This document shows, piece by piece, positions 23,508 through 35,013 of a DNA stretch of 64,000 nt (position 1 is its first letter; each line of letters starts with the position of its first letter). Under the pieces are notes generated by a model. The model saw only the letters and a list, made by a program, of their open reading frames with translations. It did not search any database and was not told the origin of the DNA. Source of the stretch: an uncultured Actinomycetes bacterium (GTDB taxonomy: Bacteria > Actinomycetota > Thermoleophilia > Gaiellales > Gaiellaceae); assembly GCA_963786055.1 (NCBI GenBank), contig CAWAXS010000007.1:1163-65162 (forward strand), written 5' to 3'. Position numbers and translations under genes: made by a program.

Positions 23508-24470
23508 CTACAAGTTACGGCGATAGAGAAGCAGCGCGAGCGGAAAGAATGCCGCGACGAGAGCCTGCGGTGCGAGCTCGCGCGACACGAGCTGTCGCCC
23601 CTGTGGGACGAGCTTCCCGGTGCCGAGCCCGCTCCGAAGCGTTTCGATCAACGCCCGGGTATCGCCTTCGTTGAAGACGGGAGCGTCGAGCGCGCCGGCG
23701 ACCTGGCGGAGCGATCTGCTGCTCGTCGGGTCCGGGCGGTAGGCGGGGTCGCGGTTCCCGCGATCGTCGAAGACGGCCTCGTCACCGCGCCAGATCTGGA
23801 CGAAGACCGTCGACACACCTCCGTTCGCAAGGCGGTCGCGCAGCTCCTCGAGGTCCGTCGAGACCGTCTCGCCGTCGCTCAGGACGACGGCGATCCGTCT
23901 CCGCGTGTCGGGCTGGAAGAACGCGACGCGGCCGAGATCGCCGAGCGCAGAGAAGGCGGTGGCGCGCTTGGCGCGGCGATCGGGCGGGGGGCGCTCGATC
24001 CCGATCGCCCGGTCCACCACCGCATTGAACGAGTTCGACCCGAGCGTCGGAAACAGGTGCGGCAGCACCCGGTCGGTGAGCGAGGCGACCCCGAAGCGCG
24101 TGTCGGGAAGCGCGTTCCGCACGCGCTTTGCGATGACGCGTGCCCGGTCGAGACGGCTCGGCTCGCTCGGCGCGCGACGAGCGAGCATCGATCGCGTGAC
24201 GTCCATCACGACGAGCACCTCCGTCCCGTCGCGTCCAAAGGTTTCCTCCGAGCGCGCAACCACCGGTTGTGCGGCCGCGAGCGCGACGAGACCGGCCACG
24301 AGCCCGATGAGCGCGAGATCGACGATCGTCGTCCGTCGCCCCGCCGGGGCGAGACCGAGCGCCGCCGCCGTCGCTGCGGAGCGGCGCCGCCCCGCTAGAA
24401 GCGCCCACATCGCGAGAGCGCCCAGCACCCCTACCAGCGCAGCGGCAGGGGACAGGAAGCTGACGGACAT
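23508..24470 (-). CDS. vWA-domain membrane protein (BatA/BatB-like)
   Basis: N- and C-terminal TM segments. MIDAS-like VLVVMDVTRSM, then VLSDGE. Confidence 0.75.
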   Translation of the reverse strand: MSVSFLSPAAALVGVLGALAMWALLAGRRRSAATAAALGLAPAGRRTTIVDLALIGLVAGLVALAAAQPVVARSEETFGRDGTEVLVVMDVTRSMLARRAPSEPSRLDRARVIAKRVRNALPDTRFGVASLTDRVLPHLFPTLGSNSFNAVVDRAIGIERPPPDRRAKRATAFSALGDLGRVAFFQPDTRRRIAVVLSDGETVSTDLEELRDRLANGGVSTVFVQIWRGDEAVFDDRGNRDPAYRPDPTSSRSLRQVAGALDAPVFNEGDTRALIETLRSGLGTGKLVPQGRQLVSRELAPQALVAAFFPLALLLYRRNL

Positions 24471-24473
24471 GGG

Positions 24474-25109
24474 TCAGAAACCGGCGCCCGACGTCGCCGC
24501 ACCCGCGCCGGGGCTCGGCAGCGGTGAGCGCGTGTCACCGCTCCCGGCGACCCCCGAGCCGGAGGCACGGAGGAGCTTGAGCGCCAGCTCGAGGTCGTAG
24601 ATCGCCGTCTCGTCGGTCGGATCGAGTGTCACGGCACGCTGGAGCTGCTCGATCGCGCGGCGCACGAACACCTGTCGCTGGGTGGGCGAGTTTCGCGCCT
24701 CCTCGAACAGCAGGGCTGCGCGCAGCGTCGTCAGCCGCGCTCGGCGCTCGGGGCTCGGGTCGCGGTCGGCCGTCCGCGCGAGGTTGCGCTCGGCCGCGCT
24801 CCGGCGGGTCACGTCCTCGAACACGCGGATGGGGTCGCGCGGCTCGCTGCGCCAGAACTGATCGACCGCCCGTCGGAAGGCGACATCGTCCTGGACGCCG
24901 AGCAGCGAGGCCGAGACCCCACGCGGCAGCAGCGTGTCGGGCTCCCAGCTCGCCGCCTCCCGCGCCGTGTAGGCGGCATCCCCGTCTCTCACCTGGCGGT
25001 CCCAGCGCAGGACGTCGGCGGCGAGGGCGACGAGCACGGCGGCCGCGACCACGAGCGCGGCGACCGCGACCACGCCGCCGACCGGCCGGAGCCACGACGG
25101 CGTGCTCAC
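24474..25109 (-). CDS. Single-TM protein with TPR-like C-terminal region (BatC-like)
   Basis: C-terminal 211 aa of ORF 24474..26756. The GTG start overlaps the upstream stop (GTGA). TM is VGGVVAVAALVVAAAVLVALA, with TPR-like AIEQLQRAVTLDPTDETAIYDLELALKLL. Confidence 0.55.
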   Translation of the reverse strand: MSTPSWLRPVGGVVAVAALVVAAAVLVALAADVLRWDRQVRDGDAAYTAREAASWEPDTLLPRGVSASLLGVQDDVAFRRAVDQFWRSEPRDPIRVFEDVTRRSAAERNLARTADRDPSPERRARLTTLRAALLFEEARNSPTQRQVFVRRAIEQLQRAVTLDPTDETAIYDLELALKLLRASGSGVAGSGDTRSPLPSPGAGAATSGAGF

Positions 25110-26008
25110 GCTCCCCTCCCCCAGGCGAGCCGTGCGCACCAGCGCTCGTTGAGCGCGAGCAGCCCGAGGAGCGCCGCCGCGACCAGGACGAGCGCCCAGG
25201 GCGAGGACCCGACGAGGGTCAGCGTCTCCCGCACCGTCGTGTTCCGCAGGAGCTCGGCGCGGTCGACGAACACGCCCTTGCCCGCGATGTGTGCGAAGAG
25301 ATCCTTGTCCTCCGGGGCCGGGAAGAGCGGAATCACGCGAAGGTCGATCCCGTCGCGCTCGTACGCCAGGAGCTCCTCGGTGAGCGCCGAGTTGTCGAAC
25401 CCGGAGTTGTCGAGATCGCTGAGGAGGAGCACGGAGAGCGATTGGTTGTGCTCGCGGTCTATGACCGCCCGCGCCTCCGCGAGGCCTGTCGAGATCCGCG
25501 TGCCGCCGCGGAAGGTGAGGGACCACGGGCTCTCCTCGCGCTGCGGTGTCGGCGTCTGACCCCGGTCGCCGCGGCGTCCGCCGAACCTTCCCGGCACGCG
25601 GTAGGCCGGGCCCGGCCCCGCCGCGAAGAACCGCAGCAGCGGCCGAAGCTCCTCGCTCCGGGTGTCGGGCGGCAGCATCTCGTAGGCGCTGTCGGAGAAG
25701 ACGACGAGGCCGACGCGCCCTTCCGTCTCCGAGAGCGACTGCAGGACGCGCTGGACACGCTGGGCCTTCTGCGCGTCGACGCTCGTCGACAGGTCGAGGA
25801 CGACGATGCCGCCGCTCCCCGTGGCGAAGTAGCTCGTCGGGAGCGCGTGGAGATCGCGCGAGACGAAGAACGCACCGGCCAGAAGCGCGAGCGCCGCGAG
25901 CGCGAGCGCGACCCGCACTCTGCGCGTGCGCCGGTGCTCGCGGCGGAGCTCGTCGGCTGCGGAACTGGGAAGCCCGATTCCGCGACGGCGGAGGATGACG
26001 TCGTTCAT
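25106..26008 (-). CDS. vWA-domain membrane protein (BatA/BatB-like)
   Basis: C-terminal 300 aa of ORF 25106..26929. The ATG overlaps the upstream stop (ATGA). MIDAS is VVLDLSTSV. TM segments sit at both ends. Confidence 0.7.
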   Translation of the reverse strand: MNDVILRRRGIGLPSSAADELRREHRRTRRVRVALALAALALLAGAFFVSRDLHALPTSYFATGSGGIVVLDLSTSVDAQKAQRVQRVLQSLSETEGRVGLVVFSDSAYEMLPPDTRSEELRPLLRFFAAGPGPAYRVPGRFGGRRGDRGQTPTPQREESPWSLTFRGGTRISTGLAEARAVIDREHNQSLSVLLLSDLDNSGFDNSALTEELLAYERDGIDLRVIPLFPAPEDKDLFAHIAGKGVFVDRAELLRNTTVRETLTLVGSSPWALVLVAAALLGLLALNERWCARLAWGRGA

Positions 26009-26922
26009 GCCGCCACGACCGCTGGGGGAACGGCGTCCTCCGCTCTCCGCGCGAGGCTCTCGATCTCGTCGGTGGTCGAGACGCGCGGTGACCAAGCGAG
26101 CGCGTGTGCCTCGTCGGCGAGCTTGTCGAGCCCGAGCGCCGACAGCTCCCGTGCGACCCGCTCGAGCGCACGCCTCCGATCCGAGACCGAGGAGCCGTTG
26201 CCCTCGGCGAGCGCGAGCGCGAGCGCGCGCTCGAGGGGCGGCCGCTCGACCTCGGACTCGGCGGACTCGGCCACGGGCGGGACGTGCCACAGGCGGCGCC
26301 CCAGCCATACGGCCCCGCCGACCAGCGCACCGGCTCCGAGCAGGAGGACGATCGCGAGCCCCTTCGGGCCGAAGCGCGTGGTGACGGGCGAGAGCTCGGT
26401 CTGGCTGGCGCGCCAGCGGATGCCCTCGACGTCGGCCGCGCGCACGCGGGACGCGACCTCGACGGGGGGCCAGTCGGCGATGTCGCGACCGGCGCCGGGG
26501 CTGTCGCGGAAGCGGTACCGCACCAGCCCGGGCTCGAACTGCGCGACACCGCGCGCCCCCGCCGGGTCGCAGCCTTCGCGCAGGCAGCGGAGCGGGAAGC
26601 GGAACACGACGTGCGCCGTGTCGCCCGTGACCGTCCGCTCGACGGTCGGCTCCCCGGCCGCCTCGTACGGCGTGAAGTCCGTCTGGAGACGGATCGTGTC
26701 GGGGCGCACGACGCGTGCGTCCGCGACCACATCGGCGGTCGCAACGACGGGCGCACCGAACGCGACGACGGTCGGGGTGACGCTCGTCGTGACGGCTATC
26801 GCGCTCGACGGCGACCCGCTGCCACCGCTCTCGCCCCGGACGGCGAGCCAGAGCTCGCGCACCGCGAGCCCGACGAGCACGGCAGCCGTGACCTGAAGGA
26901 CGATCACACCCCAGCGCTTCAC
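26005..26922 (-). CDS. Two-TM protein of the MoxR/vWA module (BatD/DUF4381-like, tentative)
   Basis: Part of ORF 26005..27081. The GTG at 26922 overlaps the DUF58 stop (GTGA). Layout is TM1, a ~180-aa external domain, TM2, then a helical cytoplasmic tail. Confidence 0.5.
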   Translation of the reverse strand: MKRWGVIVLQVTAAVLVGLAVRELWLAVRGESGGSGSPSSAIAVTTSVTPTVVAFGAPVVATADVVADARVVRPDTIRLQTDFTPYEAAGEPTVERTVTGDTAHVVFRFPLRCLREGCDPAGARGVAQFEPGLVRYRFRDSPGAGRDIADWPPVEVASRVRAADVEGIRWRASQTELSPVTTRFGPKGLAIVLLLGAGALVGGAVWLGRRLWHVPPVAESAESEVERPPLERALALALAEGNGSSVSDRRRALERVARELSALGLDKLADEAHALAWSPRVSTTDEIESLARRAEDAVPPAVVAA

Positions 26923-27836
26923 GCCGCATGCCCCCATGCGGCCTGACGCTCCGCCGACCAGCTCAGGAAGGCCTCGAAGATGTGCTCGCGGTCGTCGCGG
27001 CCGATCAGCACCGGCTCGATCCCGAGAGAGCGCAGGCGCGCGACGAAGCTCGAGAGGCGGAGCTCGTGGCGCTCGCGCCACGCCTGCGACTCACCGGCCG
27101 CGAGCCGTACGGGCCGGACGCGCCCGTCGGTGCCGACGAGCGGTACGACGAGCCGGTCGACGTCCGGGAAGCCCTGTTCCCACACCGGATCCTGGACGAT
27201 CACCGGGACGATGTCCCACCCCCGGTCCATTGCCCACTCCCACGTCTCCGGCGCTGTCGGCTCGATGAAGTCGGACAGGACGAAGACGAAGCTCGCGGAC
27301 GGGACCTGGCGGCGGTGGAGTGTGAGGAACTCGAACATCGCGGTGATGCAGTCGGCTCCGTGCGCACCCTCGGGGAGCGGATGGTCGACGAGCGCGGCAT
27401 GCCTCCGTCCGCTCGTGGGTGGGCACCAGCCCACGACGTCCGCCCGCGCGAGCTCGAGGCGCCCGACGAGGCCCCGCGACTCGGCGACGCTGGCCTCTAT
27501 CAGTTCGCCGGCGACGTCTGCGGCCGCGGCCTTGTGGAGGAAGGGCAGGCCTGGCGGGCACAGCGACATCCCGGCACGGCGGTCGACACAGAGCACAACG
27601 CGCGGTGCCTCGTCTGCCAGGTACTCGCGGACGACGAACTCGTCACTGGCGCGCGCGGCGGAGAGCCGGGCGGAGGAGCCCCAGTCGATCCGGTGCGGGT
27701 CGTCGCCCCGCACGTATGCCCGCGCGCCGGCGATGTCCGATCCCGAGCCCCGGCGCGCGCCGTGCATCGTCCCGAACGCGAGGCCGATCAGGCGGCGTCG
27801 CGAGACGAGCGGGAACGTGAGGCTCGAGCCGATCAC
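26919..27836 (-). CDS. DUF58 (vWA-like) protein
   Basis: C-terminal 305 aa of ORF 26919..28724. Typical DUF58 motifs: ARAYVRGDDPHRIDWGSSAR and FVVREY. The GTG overlaps the MoxR stop (GTGA). Confidence 0.8.
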   Translation of the reverse strand: MIGSSLTFPLVSRRRLIGLAFGTMHGARRGSGSDIAGARAYVRGDDPHRIDWGSSARLSAARASDEFVVREYLADEAPRVVLCVDRRAGMSLCPPGLPFLHKAAAADVAGELIEASVAESRGLVGRLELARADVVGWCPPTSGRRHAALVDHPLPEGAHGADCITAMFEFLTLHRRQVPSASFVFVLSDFIEPTAPETWEWAMDRGWDIVPVIVQDPVWEQGFPDVDRLVVPLVGTDGRVRPVRLAAGESQAWRERHELRLSSFVARLRSLGIEPVLIGRDDREHIFEAFLSWSAERQAAWGHAA

Positions 27837-28855
27837 GCGGCGCCGGCGTCCTGGGGCTCGTCGAGCGCCGCCACCGGCGGCGGCGCCAGCGCGAGGCACT
27901 CCTCGGCGAACCGCTCCATGACGATCGCCATTCCGTGCTGCCGCGCCTCGGCGAGCTTGGCGGGGGTCAGCACGACGCGATGGCCGAGGACGGCGACGAG
28001 GAGGCGCTCGACGTCGCCGGGCACGACGTACTCTCGCCCGTGAAGCAGCGCCCATCCGCGCGCCGCGCGCTCCAGGGCGAGGCTCCCGCGCACCGAGGCG
28101 CCGACCGACGTCGCGCTCATCTCGCGCGTGGCGCGGACGAGGGCGACGATCCACTCCGCGATGAGCGGGTCGAGGTACACGGCCGTGACCGCGCGCGCCA
28201 GCGCATCGATCTCCGCCACGCTCACCACCGGGCCGAGCGTCGCCAGCGGGTGCTGGACGCGCTGGTCGTGGATCACCTGCAGCTCCTCGTCCGCGGTCGG
28301 GTAGCCGAGTGACGTCCGGAGGAAGAACCGGTCGAGCTGGGCCTCCGGCAGCGGGAACGTGCCCTCGTACTCGATCGGGTTCTCCGTCGCCAGCAGCAGG
28401 AACGGGTGTGGGACGGCCTTCGTCGTGCCGTCGACCGTCACCTGCTGCTCCGCCATGGCCTCGAGCAGCGCCGACTGCGTCTTCGGCGTCGCCCGGTTGA
28501 TCTCGTCGACGAGGACGACGTTGGCGAAGATCGGCCCCGGACGGAACTCGAAGTCGCGTGTTCGCTGGTCGTACACCGCGAGGCCCGTCACGTCCGTCGG
28601 CTGGAGATCCGGCGTGCACTGGATCCTCGTGCCGATGGATCCCTCGATCGACTGGGAGACCGCGCGCGCGAGGATCGTCTTGGCGGTGCCGGGCACGTCC
28701 TCGAAGAGGACGTGCCCGCCGCATGCGAGCGCCGTCAGGACCAGGCGGATCTCGTCGCGCTTGCCGTGCACGACGGTCTCGATGTTCGCGAGCAGCCGGT
28801 CGCCGACCGCGATGGCCTCGTGAAGCTCGTCGGTGCGAACCGCCTCGGCCGACAC
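27833..28855 (-). CDS. MoxR-family AAA+ ATPase
   Basis: Walker A DVPGTAKT and Walker B VLVDEINRA, plus ATENPIEYEGTFPLPEAQLDRF. The GTG start at 28855 is chosen within ORF 27833..29047. Confidence 0.9.
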   Translation of the reverse strand: MSAEAVRTDELHEAIAVGDRLLANIETVVHGKRDEIRLVLTALACGGHVLFEDVPGTAKTILARAVSQSIEGSIGTRIQCTPDLQPTDVTGLAVYDQRTRDFEFRPGPIFANVVLVDEINRATPKTQSALLEAMAEQQVTVDGTTKAVPHPFLLLATENPIEYEGTFPLPEAQLDRFFLRTSLGYPTADEELQVIHDQRVQHPLATLGPVVSVAEIDALARAVTAVYLDPLIAEWIVALVRATREMSATSVGASVRGSLALERAARGWALLHGREYVVPGDVERLLVAVLGHRVVLTPAKLAEARQHGMAIVMERFAEECLALAPPPVAALDEPQDAGAA

Positions 28856-28910
28856 GCCGACGAGTGTAGTCGGGGAATCCAGGCCGATCGTCCCGCTGGT
28901 CGGGCTCGCG

Positions 28911-29402
28911 CTACCCGTCGACCGGGCGCGCCGGCTTGACGGCGGGCGACGGACCGGTCTCGGGGAGGATCGGTAGCTCGCCGGCTCGCAGCGCGTCGAC
29001 CCGGAGCGCGCGGAGCGGGTCGCTGAGCGCGTACTCGGCGCCTGCACCCGACGTGATCCCGAGCTCGTTGGGGTGCTCCACCGAAGCGTCGGTGCCGACG
29101 ACGAAGCCGCCGACGACGACGACCAGCAGCGCGGCCGCGGAAGCGGCGTTCCCCAGCGTGCGGCTCGAGAGACGTCGCGCCCGCGAGGGCGAGACGACGA
29201 CGGGTCGGGGGAGCGCCTCGAGCGGCGCGGCCCGCAGCTCGTCCGCCAGCCAGCGGGTCCGTTCCTCGAACGCCCGGCACGCCGGGCACGTGGACGTGTG
29301 CCGCGCGACGCGGCGCCGCTCGACCTCGGAGATCGCGTCGTCGAGCCGCTCGGAGAGCAGCGCCCGTGTGCGATCGCAGAGCGACGGAGACATACCCGTC
29401 AT
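28911..29402 (-). CDS. zf-HC2 (ZAS-type) anti-sigma-factor-like membrane protein
   Basis: 163-aa ORF with the H-x3-C-x2-C motif HTSTCPAC and a central TM (AAALLVVVVGGFVVG). No sigma-factor gene is adjacent. Confidence 0.6.
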   Translation of the reverse strand: MTGMSPSLCDRTRALLSERLDDAISEVERRRVARHTSTCPACRAFEERTRWLADELRAAPLEALPRPVVVSPSRARRLSSRTLGNAASAAALLVVVVGGFVVGTDASVEHPNELGITSGAGAEYALSDPLRALRVDALRAGELPILPETGPSPAVKPARPVDG

Positions 29403-29457
29403 GCTGACTTGGACGATGCGACGCGCAAGTGGTTAGTGAGGTACTGCGCGTGGGATC

Positions 29458-29838
29458 TCAGAAGACCCGCAGGCGCGGGTCGACGATCATGCCGGCGAGG
29501 ATCATCGCCAACCCAAGGGCGAGGAACAGCCAGGCGGTCGCGCGGGCGTCCGACCGTTCCTCACCGGTCGCCTGGCGAACGCCCTTCGAGAAGAATCCCA
29601 TCCCCAGCAACGAGCCCATCGGCTCGAGGTCCTCGTCCTTCCCGGCCGGTCGCAACGGGCCCCGAATCCCGGCGAAGACGCCGAGGACCACGAGGAAGCA
29701 GCCGACCAGATAGAGGCCCGTCGCGGCAGAGCGCGACACGGAGGCCCCGAGAGCGAGGCCGATCAGGCTCGACAAGGCGGCGATGACGACGATCGCGCTC
29801 CCGAAGAGGACGACTATCCGTCGCGCTGCGGCGCGCAC
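29458..29838 (-). CDS. Small multi-TM membrane protein, hypothetical
   Basis: 126-aa ORF with 3-4 hydrophobic segments. No family recognised. Confidence 0.45.
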   Translation of the reverse strand: MRAAARRIVVLFGSAIVVIAALSSLIGLALGASVSRSAATGLYLVGCFLVVLGVFAGIRGPLRPAGKDEDLEPMGSLLGMGFFSKGVRQATGEERSDARATAWLFLALGLAMILAGMIVDPRLRVF

Positions 29839-29853
29839 GTCGCGCTCGGCGCT

Positions 29854-30903
<1,050 letters not shown>

Positions 30904-30909
<6 letters not shown>

Positions 30910-30935
30910 GGGCCAACCTTCGTTGGCCCATGAGC
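30904..30935 (-). promoter_or_regulatory. 14-bp hairpin enclosing the start codon of the OppF-like gene
   Basis: GCTCATGGGCCAAC-CTTC-GTTGGCCCATGAGC seen directly. On the mRNA the ATG sits in the 3' arm, and GAAGG (SD-like) sits in and around the loop. Confidence 0.5.
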
Positions 30936-30983
30936 GGGGAGGGGTGTGGGGAACCCATCCGCCTTAGGTGTAAGGAGGGGGCT

Positions 30984-31080
30984 CGCGGGGGAACCATGGG
31001 TTCCCCCGCGCACGAAACGGGAGGTTCCCCACGCTCTCCAGAAGAAGGGGGCACGTGGGGGAAACATGGTTTCCCCCACG
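30984..31080. repeat. Two related hairpins 70 nt apart in the spacer between the two ABC ATPase genes
   Basis: CGCGGGGGAACC-ATG-GGTTCCCCCGCG at 30984-31010 and CGTGGGGGAAAC-ATG-GTTTCCCCCACG at 31054-31080. The flanks also align (AAGGAGGGGGC vs AAGAAGGGGGC). Both stem differences are compensated. Confidence 0.7.
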
Positions 31081-31105
31081 AACGCGAGCCTAGGGCGAGC
31101 GTTGC

Positions 31106-32137
<1,032 letters not shown>

Positions 32138-32147
32138 CGCGGGAAGC

Positions 32148-33119
32148 TTACGTGAGGCGAATGCGCGGATCGATCCACGCGTAGAGGATGTCGACGATCA
32201 GCGAGAAGACGATGATCGCGACGGCGCCGAAGATGACGACGCCCTGCAGCACCGGCAGGTCGAAGCGGCCGATCGACTCGAGGGCCGTACCACCCAGGCC
32301 GTTGAGCCCGAAGACGTACTCGATGAAGATCGCCCCGCCGAGGAGGAGGCCGATGTCCATCCCGACCATGGTGACGACGGGGAGCATCGCGTTGCGCAGC
32401 ACGTGCGAGCGGATCACCGTTCGCTCGGGGGCGCCCTTGGCGCGCGCGGTGCGCACGAAGTCCATGTTGAGCGTGTCCATCACCTCGGCCCGGACGAACC
32501 GGACATAGGTGCCGGCGACCACGATGGCGAGCGTCAGGCATGGGAGGATCATGTGGTACGCCCAGTCCCAGAGCCCGCCGCAGGCGGCCGCCTCGGGCAC
32601 GCTGACCACCTCGCAGTACCCGGCGATCGGCGTCAGTCCGAGCTTGTAGCCGACGAGGTACGAGAGAACGAGCCCGATCCAGAAGGACGGCAGCGAGATC
32701 CCGATCAGCACGTAGACCATCGCAGCTCGGTCGAGCAGCGATCGCGGCCGGAGCGCCGAGAAGATGCCGAGCGGGATGGCGATCGACAGCGTCATGATCA
32801 TCGCGCCGAAGACGAGCGACGCGGTGATCGGCGCGGCGCGCAGGATCTCCTCGTTCACCGACTGGCGCGTCACGAACGACTGCCCGAGCGACCCCTCGAG
32901 CACGAGTCGCTTGAGGAACTTCAGGTACTGGATGTAGAACGGCTGGTCGAGGCCGAGGAACTTCTGGACCTCGTGGACCCGCTCGGGCGTGGCCGACTGG
33001 CCGGCCGCCAGCCGTGCGGGGTTCGCCGGAACGAGGAAGAAGATCACGTACGTCACGAACGTGACGGCGAGGAACAGGACGCAGGCCCAGAGGAGCCGTC
33101 TGATCAGGTATCGCGTCAC
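32148..33119 (-). CDS. Dpp/Opp-type ABC transporter permease (OppB/DppB-like)
   Basis: 323-aa ORF with the BPD-transporter EAA-like region (DFVRTARAKGAPERTVIRSHVLRNA). Confidence 0.9.
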   Translation of the reverse strand: MTRYLIRRLLWACVLFLAVTFVTYVIFFLVPANPARLAAGQSATPERVHEVQKFLGLDQPFYIQYLKFLKRLVLEGSLGQSFVTRQSVNEEILRAAPITASLVFGAMIMTLSIAIPLGIFSALRPRSLLDRAAMVYVLIGISLPSFWIGLVLSYLVGYKLGLTPIAGYCEVVSVPEAAACGGLWDWAYHMILPCLTLAIVVAGTYVRFVRAEVMDTLNMDFVRTARAKGAPERTVIRSHVLRNAMLPVVTMVGMDIGLLLGGAIFIEYVFGLNGLGGTALESIGRFDLPVLQGVVIFGAVAIIVFSLIVDILYAWIDPRIRLT

Positions 33120-33159
33120 GTCGTCGTGAGGGTAATCGAATCCGGTTCCCGGTGGAAGG

Positions 33160-33188
33160 GGCGGGGGGGAGCTGTGCTCCCCCCCGCC
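33160..33188 (-). promoter_or_regulatory. 13-bp perfect hairpin between the SBP gene and the permease gene
   Basis: GGCGGGGGGGAGC-TGT-GCTCCCCCCCGCC seen directly, 33 nt after the SBP stop. Confidence 0.6.
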
Positions 33189-33221
33189 GTCGATCGATGA
33201 TGCTTGTGGTCTCCCGGCTTC

Positions 33222-34845
33222 CTACTTGGTGCAGATCTGGGTCAGCAGGATGCCCTGGGCGCCGGAGTACTGGAAGCACCCGACCTTCGTGCTGGTGAGC
33301 CAGCGAGCGGAGGTGGAGATGTACGGAGCGACCGGAGCCTGATCCTTCATGATGTCGCGGTCGAGGATGGCGTACGCGTTGGTGCGGGCGTCGCCGGCCA
33401 GGCCGTAGGCCTTGTCCATCCGCGCGTTGTACGTCGGGTTGTTGAAGTACGACGCGTTGACGTTGTTGTCCGCCTGGATCCGGCGGCCGTCGAGCAGCAC
33501 GTTGATGAAGTTCGCCGGATCGGGATAGTCGGCGAGCCAACCCTCGAGCGTGAGGTCGAACGGCTCACCGCGCGTCGCGGTCTTCTCGTGCTGGACGACG
33601 CGGTCGAACAGCTTGATCTCGACGTCGATGCCGATCTGCTTCAGGTTGAACTGCACCGACTGCGCGATCGGCGGGCCCTGCGCCGTGTTGAACGTGTACA
33701 TCACGGCCTTGCCGTCGCGCGTGTTGCCCTGCGCGAGCGCCTTCGCCTTCGCGTAGTTCGGGCCCTTCAGCGAGTAGATGTCGTAGTTCTTGAAGCCCGG
33801 CATCCCCATCGGGATGAACTGGTCGGACCGGTTGCCGGCCAGGTAGCCGTGCTGGGCGACCATGAACCGCCGGTCGATCGCGTTGGACACGGCCTGCCGC
33901 AGCTTCGTGTTGTTCTGGAAGATCCCGCGCGACGTGTTCATCGCGAGGTACCAGTTGCCGATCTGGGGCTTGACGAAGAACTGGCTCTTGTTGATGCCGT
34001 ACTTGTCGGCGAGCTCCTTCGCCTGTGCCGGCGGGAACGAGCAGAGATCCGCCTCGCCGCGCTCGCACATCAGCCGCTGCGTCGCGGGGTCAGGGCCGAC
34101 GATCCAGCGGATCTGATCGAGGTTGGCGGCGAAGCCGAGCGACTTGAACGGCTCCTGGTTGTTCTTCCAGTACGGGTTCCGCACGGCAAGGGCGGAGTTC
34201 TTCGCGTTCCACTCCTTGAGGTAGTACGGGCCGGCCGAGATGACCGGTGCCTTGATGCCCTCGGCCGTGAACGGCAGGTCGACCGGCACCGCAGAGAAGA
34301 ACTGCATCGTCATCCGGGCGAGGAAGTCCGGCGCGACCTTCTTCAGCGTCACCGTGAAGACCTGGCCCTTCGCGGTGTAGCTCGCGATGTCGTCCATGAA
34401 CGACGACGCGGGCGACTGCATCGTCGTGTTCTTCCCACGGTCGAACGCCCGCTTGAAGTTCGCGGCGGTCACGGGCTTGCCATCCGAGAACCGGAAGCCC
34501 TTCTTGACGGTGAACGTGTACGTCTTGCCACCGTTCGAGACCTTCGGCATGGGCGCTGCCATCCCGGCGAGACGGTTGTGGGCCGGGCCCTCCGTCTGCG
34601 GGTAGAACAGGAGCGTCAGGTTCGTCGCCCCCATCATGTTCCCACGAGTGGCTGAAGTAGGCGAGACCCGGATCGACGTAGTCGAAGTCGCTCCGGCTGA
34701 CTTGCGTGAGCGACCCGCCCTTCTTGGCCGTGGCGGCGGTGGAAGCCGCCCCGGCGCCCGCCGCCGTCGATGCGAACATCGCCGCGGCGAGCAGAGAAGC
34801 CCCGATCGCGGTCATCACGACCGAGGCCAGCATGCGTCCCTTCAT
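33222..34845 (-). pseudogene. ABC transporter substrate-binding protein, family 5 (peptide/nickel), frame-disrupted near 34636
   Basis: Signal peptide and N-terminus (MKGRMLASVV...DPGLAYFSHSWE) lie in the frame of ORF 34090..35001. The rest lies in ORF 33222..34637. There is a strong SD (GGAAAGGAG) before the ATG at 34845. The span of 1624 nt is not a multiple of 3. Confidence 0.8.
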
Positions 34846-35013
34846 GTCACTCCTTTCCGAGTGCAGCCCGGCTGGGTTCCGGGCAGAGGCACCATTCGCC
34901 CGTCTCGTATGACGGACGCCGTGGTGGTTTGTTAGAGACCGGAGAAGAATTTCCCTTTTCCGCATTCGCAGGCACGGCTCGACGCCGGGTTCGTGCGTCA
35001 TGTCGAGGGCGAC

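Noticed and set aside
28911-29838. ECF sigma factor expected next to the zf-HC2 anti-sigma-like gene
   Set aside because: The only upstream ORF (29458..29838) is a 126-aa multi-TM protein without sigma region 2/4 features. No sigma-like ORF occurs in any frame nearby.
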